This document shows, in pieces, positions 12,944 through 25,014 of a stretch of 64,000 bases of DNA. The position numbers and the translations under genes are program-made. Within the stretch, counting starts at the first letter, position 1; each line of letters begins with the position of its first letter. Source of the DNA: Octopus vulgaris (taxonomy: Eukaryota); NCBI GenBank assembly GCA_951406725.2, contig OX597821.1:12710001-12774000 (forward strand), read 5' to 3'. The notes beneath the pieces were generated by a model. That model ran no database searches and was not told where the DNA came from. It worked only from the letters and a program-made list of their open reading frames with translations.

Positions 12944-14325
12944 ATGTCTGACTTGGCTCTGGATATCTTTTCAAAGGAAGTTGCAGATGACTTTGTAAGT
13001 CGAGGATTTATAATTTTAAATGAATTTGAACACTTATTTTCATTATTACATTTGTATGAATATGAGCAGCAACACATTACTGCAGTATATAAGATGCCGG
13101 GAAACCAAAACCGAGAGGCAAACCACAGTGCCAAGGAGATCCACGCTCTCGATTCAGAGGAGGAATTTGTACAGTCTCTTGAGACCGGACGTTGTTGGCT
13201 TCACCTGCTGCCTGCAAATGTATAAGAGAATAGGAGATATTTGGACAGGAAAACTGTCCAGAAAATGTTAATGTGTTCACGGGGAAGAGACTGTGGCAGA
13301 CAATCTAGCCACATACTGAGGCTTTATTTAAACAATTTGCAGATACACCTATGGAGTAGCACAGCCAAAACAATTTTTGCATCTAATGCATGAATGTGGA
13401 ACACGTGTATTATCTGTTAAGCGCTCTGTGTACTAGAAGATGAGCATAAACATGGTTCTAGTGCATAAGTAATGTTTGCTGCTTTTAATGGTTAAACTGG
13501 CTGCAGTATGTTCAAGCGTTTCCGAATTTCTTTATCCCGAAGTTCGACCTAAGAAACACTGGAGACTGGCAGAAGCTCAAGTTGTCTCCATGAAAGCTTC
13601 AAGCAAAGATACATGCTCCTTGTCATTCTTTATACTGTCTATATTTGGAATGATATGAGTTGAATTAAAGAGAGATACAGTAAGATATGAATCACACCAC
13701 TAATAACTAGCAGTTGCAAAGCTTTACGGGAGTCTTCGCTTAAGAAACAGACTCAGCCAGTCACTCTCAGTAAGAAAACAGTACAACTCTTCTTGTAAAC
13801 GTTTCATGAAGTTGTAAATTCCAATAACAAAATAACAGTTGTAATTTTCCAACCAATCCGTTAATGAGGTCTAAATACACAGCACAGTCATTTAAGAATA
13901 TCTTTAAGATATGGTGATCCTTGTTATGAAAACCAATGTTCGGCGTCCAATCGCTAAATTTACAGTACGAACATGGTCTCGCAATGTTAAGTCTTCTCAC
14001 AGACAGGGTGCAGTATATGCTAGGAATATCACATTGGCAACATGACTCAGTTCTTATATATTTGAATCAACTAAGAGAGATTTACACCGAATCAAACAAC
14101 AAATTCCCTTTTACTTGTGAAAAGTTATCTAGATAAGTTTCGTAGCTATCAGAGATGCGGAGTGAAACGTTGGAAATATGCAGATCCGCATTCAGACAAA
14201 ATGTATTCCCATCAGACAATAGAAATCAGGAATACTGAAAGAGAACGACTTGTTTAGCTAGTCATAGAAAACAATACATATACTATGAAACATTTGACAC
14301 GCTTGCTTCCTGCACATACGTGACG
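12944..14325 (+). pseudogene. Decayed coding-like island of unknown origin
   Basis: Microsatellite-free ~1.4 kb stretch starting at an ATG, with successive plus-strand open segments in shifting frames (12944, 13476, 13936, ~14110); no family recognised. Confidence 0.3.
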
Positions 14326-14638
14326 TTAATCCTACCAATGCCAATAGATTAATAACTAAAGAACCTTCAAATATATATCCTATGCAAGGCAATTAATAAT
14401 ACTACTTTGTTCGAACAAAGCAACGTATCACCGTAACATATAGCAAGTTTAATCTGTAACAAAGCCAGACGTGTTCTTCAGATCTTTTCATTCTGTGTAG
14501 AAAGCAGTTTCCACTCGAAATATCGGATTATCAATGGTTTTAATGTAAAACATAGATCTTTGATCTAATTTATGTTCAATTCTCCACCAACTGCATTGCA
14601 AAAGATTTGTAAGTCCTTGTCAATAGTATTCTGCGATT

Positions 14639-14872
14639 AAGGCGGCGAGCTGGCAGAAACGTTAGCACGTCGGGCGAAATGCGTAGCCGTGTTTCGTCTG
14701 CCTTTACGTTCTGAGTTCAAATTCCGCCGAGGTCGACTTTGCCTTTCATCCCTTCGGGGTCGATAAATTAAGTAGCAGTTACGCACTGGGCTCGATGTAA
14801 TCGACTTTATACCTTTGTCTGTCCTTGTTTGTCCCCTCTATGTTCAGCCCCTTGTGAGTAATAAAGAAATAA
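14639..14872 (+). mobile_element. SINE family B, full length
   Basis: Near-identical to 3669-3901 and 56343-56575. Confidence 0.9.
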
Positions 14873-14955
14873 ATAATAACCTGCGATGTCTCGAGCATAC
14901 TAGGAAACAGACATGCGCACAACGCGCACGCACACACACAGAAACACACTCACGC

Positions 14956-14990
<35 letters not shown>

Positions 14991-15030
14991 GAAACACACA
15001 CACACACATATATATATATACACATTCTAT

Positions 15031-15417
15031 TCCTAAGCACTCCGTCGGTTACGACGACGAGGGTTTCGGTTGATCCGAATCAACGGAACAGCCTGCTCGT
15101 GAAATTAACGTGTAAGTGGCTGAGCACTCCACAGATACGCGTACCCTTAACGTAGTTCTCGGGGATATTCAGCGTGACACAGTGAGTGACAAGGCCGGCC
15201 CTTTGAAATACAACAGGTACAACAGAAACAGGAAGTAAGAGTGAGAGAAAGTTGTGGTGAAAGAGTAAGCAGGGATCACCACCTCCTGCCGGAGCCTCGT
15301 GGAGCTTTTTAGGTGTTTTCGCTCAATAAACACTCACAACGCCCGGTCTGGGAATCGAAACCGCAATCCTATGACCGCGAGTCCGCTGCCCAAACCACTG
15401 GGCCATTGCGCCTCCAC
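15031..15417 (-). mobile_element. SINE family D (tRNA-Arg-like head) with tail 1, full length
   Basis: A-box TGGCCCAGTGG, B-box GTTTCGATTCC; tail shared with family C (gtcgtcgtaaccgacggagtgc). Confidence 0.9.
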
Positions 15418-15436
15418 TATATACACATATATATAT

Positions 15437-16315
15437 ATTGGGTCATCCCATAAATAATGCGTTTTTTTTAATTATACGAACTAAATTTTGGAGGGGACGG
15501 GATAAACTACCTGCATGAACTTGCTATAAAAACAAGTAGTAATTTTACCTTCGTTTTTATTCTTAATGCAAGCGTTGAAGAGAGAAGTTCGATTTTAACC
15601 GTTATTTTTTCAAACTTACAACAAAAGTGACAAAGGAGCATATTCGGCATATTTTGCTTTATGAGTTCAATAAAGGCAACAACGCAACAGAAAGTGCGAG
15701 GAATATTAATGCGGTATATGGGGATCGGACAATACGTGCAAGCCAGTGTCAAGCGTCGTCCTGGAAGATCTGCAGTGCTTTACGAGGAGGTCCTGCAAGG
15801 ATTGGTGGAACAAAATCCCATCGTGAATTTGAAGAACTAGCAAAGAGGCTTGGGACGTGGTCAATCAATCATTCGGCGACACCAGCGCGAGAAGAAAGAC
15901 AACCATTTTTGATTTCAAGACGGAAGGTGTTCTTCTATCATGCCACATACAGTGAGCATGACGTTCCAAAGGCTGGAGCAGTTTTACTGGAAAACGATAC
16001 TCTATCCATCATATTTACCGGACATTCTGATTCTCCTTTATTCTTTTGTTTTCAAAATCATTTGGACGTATAAACATGAATTCTGCACACGAGGTCAAAA
16101 CTGTACTGGGGAGTATTTTTCGCCACATCAAGTGAATTTTGGAAGAGAGATCTTGCAAGTCTACCAGATAGATGGAAGAGCATTGTAGAAAATGAAGGAA
16201 AGTATACTTTAGATTAAGAAAGAACTTTGTTTATCTTAATTTTTGAAAAATAAATTGTCTAATGGTTCATGAGCTTGAGCATGCAAGTACGTTTTATTTC
16301 ATGTACGCCTAATCT
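15437..16315 (+). mobile_element. Decayed mariner (Mos1-like N-terminal HTH)
   Basis: Left end tattgggtcatcccataaataatgcg; KEHIRHILLYEFNKGNNATESARNINAVYG; degenerate YSPDL (PSYLPDI); C-terminus LPDRWKSIVENEGKY; right TIR only weakly visible. Confidence 0.8.
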
Positions 16316-16324
16316 AATTTTTTT

Positions 16325-16652
16325 TTATTTATGCGCCCTTTTCAAGCCTAGCCAGGCTCATGGGCCCGATTTTCCGGTTTCAGTGGCGTATGTGTTATCC
16401 CCAGTTGGACGGTACACCAGTCCATCGTTACCCAAGATGGTACGCCAGAGTTACCCAAGAAACAGGAAGAACGAGTGAAAGAAAGTTGGGACGAAAGAGT
16501 AAAACAGGGGTCGCCACCATCCCCTGTCGGAGCCTCGTGGAGCTTTAGGTGTTTTCGTTCAATAAACACACATACTGCCCGGTCTGGGAATCGAAACCAC
16601 GATATTCCGACCACGAGTCCACTGTCCTAACCACTGGGCCATTGTGCCTCCA
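16325..16652 (-). mobile_element. SINE family D head with tail 2
   Basis: Head as at 15417; tail gatggactggtgtaccgtccaactgggg..gaaaccggaaaatcgggcccatgagcctggctagg. Confidence 0.8.
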
Positions 16653-17064
16653 TCTTATTCTAATTAATCACAACTAATTCGTGATTCTTTTCTCCCACAG
16701 TATTCTAATCAACATATGATTTATGATAATGCTCAGTTGTAACTATGGTTACATTTTCATAATCGATTCGCAAAACTCTCGCAACACATTTGATGGCAAA
16801 TTTGACATTACAGTGCTAAACATACACAATAGACGCCTTCTCTAAAACATCATTTTACTTCCGGAAAGAAAATTGTTCAGTTAATGTTTAGGTTTTCTGG
16901 CGCGAATTAATATCTTGGTCGGCAATTTCACGTAACTTTTCTTTGCTACATGATAACATCTGTCTTCAACAATCTTTGTCGCCGTTTCAGTCTCTTCCGC
17001 TTTGTTTTTCTCTCTATACCACTCATTTGGGTTTTAGATACGTCTGCCGCCACTTCCCTCTTTC

Positions 17065-17098
<34 letters not shown>

Positions 17099-17133
17099 CT
17101 CTCTCTCTGCCTCAATCTCTCTCTCTACCTCAA

Positions 17134-17173
<40 letters not shown>

Positions 17174-18802
17174 CCTTACACACACACACACACACACACA
17201 CTGAGTTTTTCTCTCTGTGCATTGTTTTATTATTCTCACCACCTTGTTCTCCCTTCCGGCGTTACTATTTGATTTTGCTCAACAATCTCTTTTTCCCATT
17301 GTTTGTGACAACGTATCCATATATAGAGGAGTATGCACGTAAAAATCGCAACATATGCATACACACTCACACAGTAACACACATCCAAATACATTCAGAA
17401 TACACTTTATTACTTTTCTCCATTTTTCGTGTAGCACCGGTACAAGACTCTCCTCGTGGTTTCTTTATCCCTCCATTTCGATTTTCATCATAATTCTTTT
17501 TTTTTTCTTCTTTAAGCTTCCATTTTCTATATTCCAAATTTTCTTTCAAATTCATTTCCATTCCTACTTGCCTCTTTTTTCTTGACATATTACATCTCTT
17601 CTTTTCGTTTCTTTTCTTGCTATTTCTTCCAGTTACTTTCTCCTCCTCTCTCATTTAATTTTTCTCTCTCTACTTTTCTTACTTTTTAACTCTAGTTTGT
17701 GCCTAGCACATCTTCCTATCTATTCTCTATGATTTAAACTCATCTATTCTTTTCTATAACTTCTTTGACCTACTTTATTTCCACGCATTCTATCTCCTAA
17801 CTTGCAGATTCATTTTATCTATATCTCACTCATTTTCTATTCTATTCAGGCTCATCATTTTCATTCTACCAATTTTTTCATCTTCCATCTTTTACATTTT
17901 GCTGCAACTATCTTCCAATTCGTTCTTTCATTTTGCCTCTCATTTCCATTTATTCCTCTTTATTGTGAGAGAATTTGCTTTCAAACAGAATATGTTACAA
18001 TAGTAGTTTACCTTCCCTGATTAGGTCTCAATTTGCTTTTATTTTTGGTATCGTTGTTCTTTTTTCATTGGCACCATCGGTAGAGACTCGGAAAAAATGT
18101 TTTCCTGTACATTCGCTATCTCCCTAAGTTCTAAGTTCAAAACCCTCCTAAGTCAACTTTGCCATTCATCTTTCCAGTTTCAATAAAATAAAATACATTT
18201 TAAGAGCTGTGATCGAACTGATCAACTTATCTCCTCCACCTTATCATAAACATTATCTCTCAGGCAGTAGATTAAGAGATTTGTGCAGCACTTCTATTTC
18301 ATCTTCCCTCTTGTTCATTGTTCCAGTATTATAACACACGATGGCAATTGCTGATGTGTTGATCTCATTTATTAAATCTATTGAATAGGGTTTGGACTTC
18401 CATAGAAGCTTTAATATTTTACAATACATTCTTTTTCATTCTCTCTTTTATTTCTCTATGCGTAATATCATCGAGTTACAGCTACTTTTGTTTCGTCACA
18501 AGACATCAGTGATTGAGCAATTTTATGATCCACGACATTCCAGCAGTGATCAAACCGCAGATGGTTTTATTGATTATAATCTACCCACGATCCCTGCATA
18601 CAGAGGGGTCTAATATAAGGAAAGTTTCATTATAAATATTTGTGTATTAAACTGGTAGGTCGTCCGGGGTGACTTAACTAACATCTACAAGCCTTCTCAG
18701 AAAAGATGATTACTGAACATACTGTTGGATAAAAGAAAATGGAACCTGTCAAATAACGAACGATATTCAGAAAGAGAACGGCTGACCAAAATTATATGTA
18801 TT

Positions 18803-19015
18803 CATGGCAGTCAGCTGGAAGAATCGTGAGAACGCCGAGCAAAATTTTTAGCAGTATTTCGTCTGTTTTCAAGTTCTGAGTGCAAATACCTCCGAGGTCG
18901 ACTTTGCCTTCAGCCCTTCAGGGTTAATAAAATACGTATCAGTTGAATATTGGAGTACATGTAACCGACTTACCACTTACCAAAATTGCTAGCCCTGTGA
19001 CAAAAGTCGAAACCC
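18803..19015 (+). mobile_element. Older diverged family-B-related SINE (similar relics near 18075, 34745, 40451, 49778, 53766, 61225)
   Basis: ggcagtcagctggaagaatcg..ttctgagtgcaaatacctccgaggtcgactttgccttc. Confidence 0.7.
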
Positions 19016-19019
19016 GTAT

Positions 19020-19240
19020 TACGAGGGGGTGCGGAAAAGTTCTGGCTTTGGGTAAAAGAAAATACAGGGGAATCAGCTATTTACGATTTTTATTCCATTT
19101 ATTCCCCTCCCATATTCACATACTAACTGCAGCGGTCCGTCAGTTGTTCTAAGCCTTGAAAAAGAACTTGGAAGATTGGGTCTCCAGCCAGCCCTTTCGC
19201 AACACCCTTAAAACCAGGAATTTTTCAGCACGCTCTCGTA
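19020..19240. mobile_element. Mariner-type MITE with TA TSD
   Basis: TA|cgagggggtgcggaaaagttctggcttt ... aaaaccaggaatttttcagcacgctctcg|TA. Confidence 0.85.
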
Positions 19241-20096
19241 TGTGTGTACTAAAGGTTATCATGCATGAGCTGCCGTGATTTTCAGTGAGTTGCACGGAAT
19301 CCCCACCATCAGCAGTCAAGTTACAACAGTTAGAAGAATATTACCACAGGGGAACGCCTGACGCAAGGCACAGAGCGATACATAAACTACCATGGGCCTA
19401 CTCCACTGCATCCCTAATATATAACCCATCGTCTCTGCTGCCTTGGCAATTGTTTAGTGAGTCGAGATGTGGCTGATGGTCCGGCAACAACCTTTCTCAT
19501 CAGAAGACAATTTCAGTATAAATCTCAGTCCAGACTTTTCAAACATCAAACTGTAACTTCCATTGCTGTGGATTTAGTAACATGCATAACTATGCATTGA
19601 ACGAGTTATATATTTGAAAACAGCCTCGTATCTTAGTTCATATACACAGCATGATCTACCGTCATTAAGAGTGTCGGTGTATGTTAGGTGGATTTGGGGT
19701 TAATTTCCAAGAGTAGAGACAATAAATTTGGATTATTTAATTTTCAAATTCTTCGTTTCCAAAATATCTACCGCATTATTGTTGTAAGACACCAGGCTGT
19801 GAATTGAGAAGAAATTGAAAGCTAATTTTAGAGATTAAGAGCTACTTTGGTTGTTCTTATTGTAGTTCTCGTCGGCAAAGATAACGGTATCGGTGAGGAT
19901 TTTCATGTTGGCAGCAGCAGCGGTGGTGACAGCTGCTGCACTGGCAGTAGCTATGGTGGTGGTGATAGCACTTATATTTCTTGCAGTTGTGTGTTTACTG
20001 TATGGAACTGATGTTGATGTAACTAGTTTTAAAAATGGAACACTAAAGAAAAATATATGCGTGTACATGTGTGTATTTGTGGGTGTGGGTGTTTGC

Positions 20097-20142
<46 letters not shown>

Positions 20143-20146
<4 letters not shown>

Positions 20147-20835
20147 GATTAAACGCCACGCATTTCCAAGTAAGTTATATCTTAATATTATCGATGTCTT
20201 CCTGTTGTTTTTCTTCCCTTCGTTTTCTCTCTCTTCTTATCTCTTCTTCTCTCCCTTTCGTTTTCCTCTATCATCCTTGTTTTCCCCTCTCCTTCCCCCT
20301 TATCTGTTTGTCCCTCTCTCTCTCCCTCACTCTTCTGCCTTTGGTCTTTCGTGGCACGCATATTACCGTCGGCCACTTTCTTCTAACTTGAATGTCTTTG
20401 TTTCTCTCTGATGAGTCACAGGGATTGGAAGCATTCTTGCCTGTCTCCTGTCAGAGCTTGTTCACCACGTTCACCAACTCAACTCGTATAGGCTTAGCAG
20501 CCTTTCCAGTCTGTTTTCACTGTCTTGTTTTTGTTACTAACTATGACCCTCCGCATAATCCCAAATTTTATTTAATTTGATTTGCGGGAGTAACTGTTAT
20601 ATCGAAAACGTATCTTGTTGTGAAATGCTCGAAATACGAAGTAGTAAAACAGCCAACAACTGATGAAGAATCGTTTTTTCTTGTTCTTTGTCTTGTTTTC
20701 CGTTTGTTTCTTTTGTTGTTCGCTAAAAATGTTCGTATTGCATGTTGTCGTGATTCGTATTTCAGATGGTTTTCGTATTTTATATTCATTTTATGTTGTT
20801 TACCTTCCGTGCTGTCCTGTGCTGATATATGGATG
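20143..20835 (+). mobile_element. (TA)n-flanked non-coding element, family H1 copy 1 (carries permuted hammerhead)
   Basis: Collinear with 58632-59310 (+) and 24382-24955 (-): pyrimidine tract, gtttttgttac..tgaccctc..aatcccaaat, 3' gtcctgt. Confidence 0.75.
20609..20671 (+). ncRNA. Putative non-circularly permuted hammerhead ribozyme, core intact
   Basis: cgtat-C-ttgttg tgaaat gctc-GAA-atacg (15 nt) caacaa-CTGATGA-agaat; stem III cgtat/atacg, stem I ttgttg/caacaa, cleavage triplet AUC. Confidence 0.7.
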
Positions 20836-21266
20836 TACATATATATGTGTATGTTATGTATGAGCATATATATATATATATGTGTGTGTTGCTACAATGT
20901 GTACAAATTACACGGAAAAATAAATAAATAGTTAACGGAGCAAAATTTCACTAAGTGCCAAGTATGTTACAGCCTACTTATGAAGTTAGAAATTCCAGGG
21001 TTCGGTGAAATGCTTTTGTATTACATAGATAAATTAATAAATGGAGTTAAACGCATGTGTTATTCAAATCTTTATATAATTCAGAGATGTGTCGAAGAAA
21101 ACATTGCTATTAGTCTTGAGGGAATAATACCATTCTTTTCTTCGGAACATATGTCGAAAGTATAAAGATTTGAATAACATCGCGATTAAATCCAGTTCTT
21201 AATTCATTTTGTGTAGAGGCGGTACCATGGCCAATGAGATACATGCGAGGCGTGGTTTTTGCTAGT

Positions 21267-21299
<33 letters not shown>

Positions 21300-21355
21300 T
21301 AAATAACACACATATATACATTATAAGTAATATATGTGTACATATATATATATAC

Positions 21356-21403
<48 letters not shown>

Positions 21404-21487
21404 AGGTCCCGGGTTGATTCGGGGTTAACCGCAGTAAGTAAGGTACTCAATACATAGCAGAGTAAAATTAATTTATTATATAGAAGG

Positions 21488-21538
21488 AGCTTCTACAGGA
21501 CTAGTACTGTTTCATTCAAGAGAAATCTTCAGGAAGCT
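21488..21538 (-). ncRNA. Type I hammerhead ribozyme with near-palindromic stem III (Penelope-type)
   Basis: agcttc-CTGAAGA-tttctcttgaat-GAAA-cagtactagtcctg-TA-gaagct. Confidence 0.75.
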
Positions 21539-21981
21539 ATTTAACAAGAATTGTATTAGCATTTATACATTTAGGCAGGTTTAAAGGAGTGGTGGTGGGG
21601 GACTTTTTTGGGGGTAGGCATAGCGCAAAATATCATACTTGGGGGAGTGGTCAAGGAGTCAGTGGTAAGTTAGATGAAAGAATAGATAAATAAAAAAATA
21701 GATAAATAAAAAAATAAAAAATAAAAAAATAAAAAAATAAAATAAAATAAAAATGAGAAATAAAAATAAAAAGATAAAATAAAAGAATAAAAAAATAAAA
21801 AATATAAATATAAAAAATATATATAAAAAAAATATATATATAAAAAATATATATATAAATAAAAAATATATATATAAAAAAAAGGGGGGATAGAGTTATA
21901 GGTAAATAAGGAGATTCTCACTTATACCTATACACACATTTATACCTATCTACACACACATACACACATACACATATATAT

Positions 21982-22034
<53 letters not shown>

Positions 22035-22394
22035 CCTACACATACACACATACATACATACAAATTTACATATACATATATATATATATACAATCCAATA
22101 CAGGCCCATTCCCTAATTTTAATTTTATTATCTTCATTTATTACTTTTGTTATCTTTGATCGCTAGGGCTAAGAATCCTGGCAGTGGCTGCCTGTCCATT
22201 TGTCTGTCTACTAGAAGGCAAGTACTCATTCCCGCACGCACACTCATTAGCACGTACATTCACCCATTCGTACACTCATACACATACACGTGCGCACGCG
22301 TTATATTCATACATACAAACATCTACATACGTTCACGTATATACACATACGTACTCGTACCTACAGATTCGTGTCTACACTTTAGGAGGCTAGT

Positions 22395-22511
22395 CTATAC
22401 ATATACACCAATAAATATACATATACACCAATAAATATACATATATATATATATATATACCCGCACATACATACACACACACACATATATACTCCTACAT
22501 ACAGATACATA

Positions 22512-22563
<52 letters not shown>

Positions 22564-22750
22564 CATACACCTACACACATACATATACACACACATACAT
22601 ACACATATATATACATACACAAACATATATACACACACATATATATACATACACACATACACACATACATACGTATACATACATACATACATCCATACAA
22701 CCATACTTACATGCATTTATACGCATACACACACCCATCTATATATATTC

Positions 22751-22781
<31 letters not shown>

Positions 22782-23061
22782 CTCACACATACATATACAA
22801 ATCTACGCACACACATACATACATACACGTATACGCATACACACACATACACATATACATGCGTACCCATACTCGTGCACACACGCACGCGCATCCATAT
22901 ATATACACACACACACATATATATATACACGTGTGCAAGCATACATACATACTCATACGCGCACACATACTTACAAATACATATATGCACACACTTACAC
23001 ACATATATATACATACACATATACATGCATACATACATATATGCATACATACACACACGCA

Positions 23062-23103
<42 letters not shown>

Positions 23104-23210
23104 TATATATATATATATACATATACATACATACATATATACACATACACATACATATACATACATAGACATACATACACATACATACACATACACATAC
23201 GTACACACAT
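22395..23210. repeat. Compound (TA/CA/CATA) microsatellite field
   Basis: Direct reading; source of many spurious H/T/Y/I ORFs. Confidence 0.9.
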
Positions 23211-23211
23211 A

Positions 23212-23348
23212 GGAAAGATGCATCATTGCTCATGTCAATGCCCAGGTCACGCACTGATTTTGACTCAGGGATTGCAATTCTTCCTGGGCCAGTGTATCCA
23301 GTCTCACGTCAACCTGCATTAAACTGCATGTTGTTGTCCTCAGCCCAC

Positions 23349-23351
<3 letters not shown>
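23212..23351 (-). repeat. Inverted duplicate of the 5' end of the adjacent LINE fragment
   Basis: Reverse complement of 23408-23586 apart from a 38-nt and a 1-nt deletion; (TA)28 between the arms. Confidence 0.95.
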
Positions 23352-23407
<56 letters not shown>

Positions 23408-23410
<3 letters not shown>

Positions 23411-24314
23411 GTGGGCTGAGGACAACAACATGCAGTTTAATGCAGGTAAGTTCCAGGCCCTGCGCTACTGGCACACAAAGTTAAATGACGTGAAGACTGG
23501 ATACACTGGCCCAGGAAGAATTGCAATCCCTGAGTCAAAATCAGTGCGTGACCTGGGCATTGACATGAGCAATGATGCATCTTTCCAAATGCATATTTCT
23601 AATCTGGTGATAAAATGCAGACGGCTAGCTGGATGGATTCTCCGAACTTTCAGAACAAGAGAGAAGGAGACACTGATGGTCCTATGGAAAACATTCGTCC
23701 TTAGCCGCTTGGACTACTGCTCCCAACTTTGGTCACCACACAATATAAAACAAACAGCAGAACTCGAAGCAACTCAGAGAAGCTACACAAAGAAAATCGT
23801 CTCAATGCAAAATGTCAGCTACTGGGAAAGACTGAAGGTATTAAACCTCTTCTCCCTGGAACGGAGGCGGAAGAGATATGCAGTGATATACATCTGGAAA
23901 ATCCTGGAGGGTCTTGTCCCAAACTTTGGCATTCAAAGTCACTCCAACCGCAGAACGGGGCGCCGCTGCGTGGTGCCAATGATTCCAACATCACCATCAA
24001 AATACAGGTCCAGATACTGCAACAGCTTGGGTTTCAGAGGACTACAGATCTTTAACATCCTCCCTAAATGCCTGAGAGACTTACATGGTGTGGATGTGGG
24101 TTTCTTTAAAACTAAGCTGGATCTCTTCTTGTTGGGAGTCCCAGATGAACCTACCTCACGACAGGAGACACGGATGCGGGCAGCAGCATCGAACTCCCTT
24201 GTTGATCAAGTGCCACGTATCAGAGGTGGATTCACAAACTAGTGTAGCTCATTCAGCGGTGGTGCCCCAGCATGGCCGCGACCTTCGGGCTAAAACATTT
24301 TTAAGGATTTAAGG

Positions 24315-24318
<4 letters not shown>
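23408..24318 (+). mobile_element. 5'-truncated CR1-group LINE: ORF2 C-terminus (open to stop at 24242) plus 3' UTR
   Basis: WAEDNNMQFNAGKFQAL, VRDLGI, WKTFVLSRLDYCSQLWSP, ELEATQRSYTK, SYWERLKVLNLFSLERRR; tail (TTAAGGAT)2; (TA)n on both sides. Confidence 0.9.
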
Positions 24319-24381
<63 letters not shown>

Positions 24382-24385
<4 letters not shown>

Positions 24386-24952
24386 TATATGGGTACAGGA
24401 CGTCACAACGCGTAAAAACCACGAAATACGCAGGCAAATATGGGTATGCGAAGAACGAGAGAAACAAATGTTAAACAAAACAAGTAACATAAATAACGAC
24501 CCTTCATCATTTGTCGGCTCTCCTTCTACTCCTCATTTCGAGCAATTAACGACAATATGAGGCTTCGAAAGGCAGCTGCTCCCGCGAAGCAAAATAAGAT
24601 TTGGGATTTGCTGAGGGTCAAACTTGGTTACAAAAACAGGACAGGAGAGACATACAACAAACCAAGTGAAAGCCGACATGGAGGGCCGTTAAGCCAGACG
24701 AGGGAAGGCAGTGAAAGCTGGAGAAATATTGTATTTGACAAGGGAAATGATAGAAGAGGAGACAGATAAGAATGGGTCTGGTCTGTAAGACAAACTGTAA
24801 GAAAAGAAAGTTGATCACGCGAGGAAAAGAAGGATGGGCGATGGTCACATGTGAGCAGCGATAGAAAGTAAAGGAGAAAGAGAGAGAGAGAGACAGATAG
24901 AAAACAATAAAGGGGAGAAAAAAGAATTATAGAAAGGATGATAGGTAAACAA

Positions 24953-24955
<3 letters not shown>
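24382..24955 (-). mobile_element. Family H1 copy 2
   Basis: Reverse-strand homolog of 20143-20835; (TA)n on both sides. Confidence 0.7.
24499..24562 (-). ncRNA. Permuted hammerhead, copy 2 (C3 changed to A)
   Basis: cctcat-A-ttgtcg ttaatt gctc-GAA-atgagg (14 nt) cgacaa-aTGATGA-agggt; compensatory changes in stems I and III relative to copy 1. Confidence 0.65.

Positions 24956-25014
<59 letters not shown>

Noticed and set aside
20404-20456. Apparent type I hammerhead ctct-CTGATGA-gtc..ggaagca..tgtc-agag
   Set aside because: The GAAA strand is non-canonical and the motif is not conserved in the two homologous H1 copies.
23226-24242. 338-aa ORF as an intact gene
   Set aside because: The N-terminal part is antisense LINE duplicate plus (TA)28; only 23408 onward is real ORF2 sequence, and it lacks the RT catalytic core.
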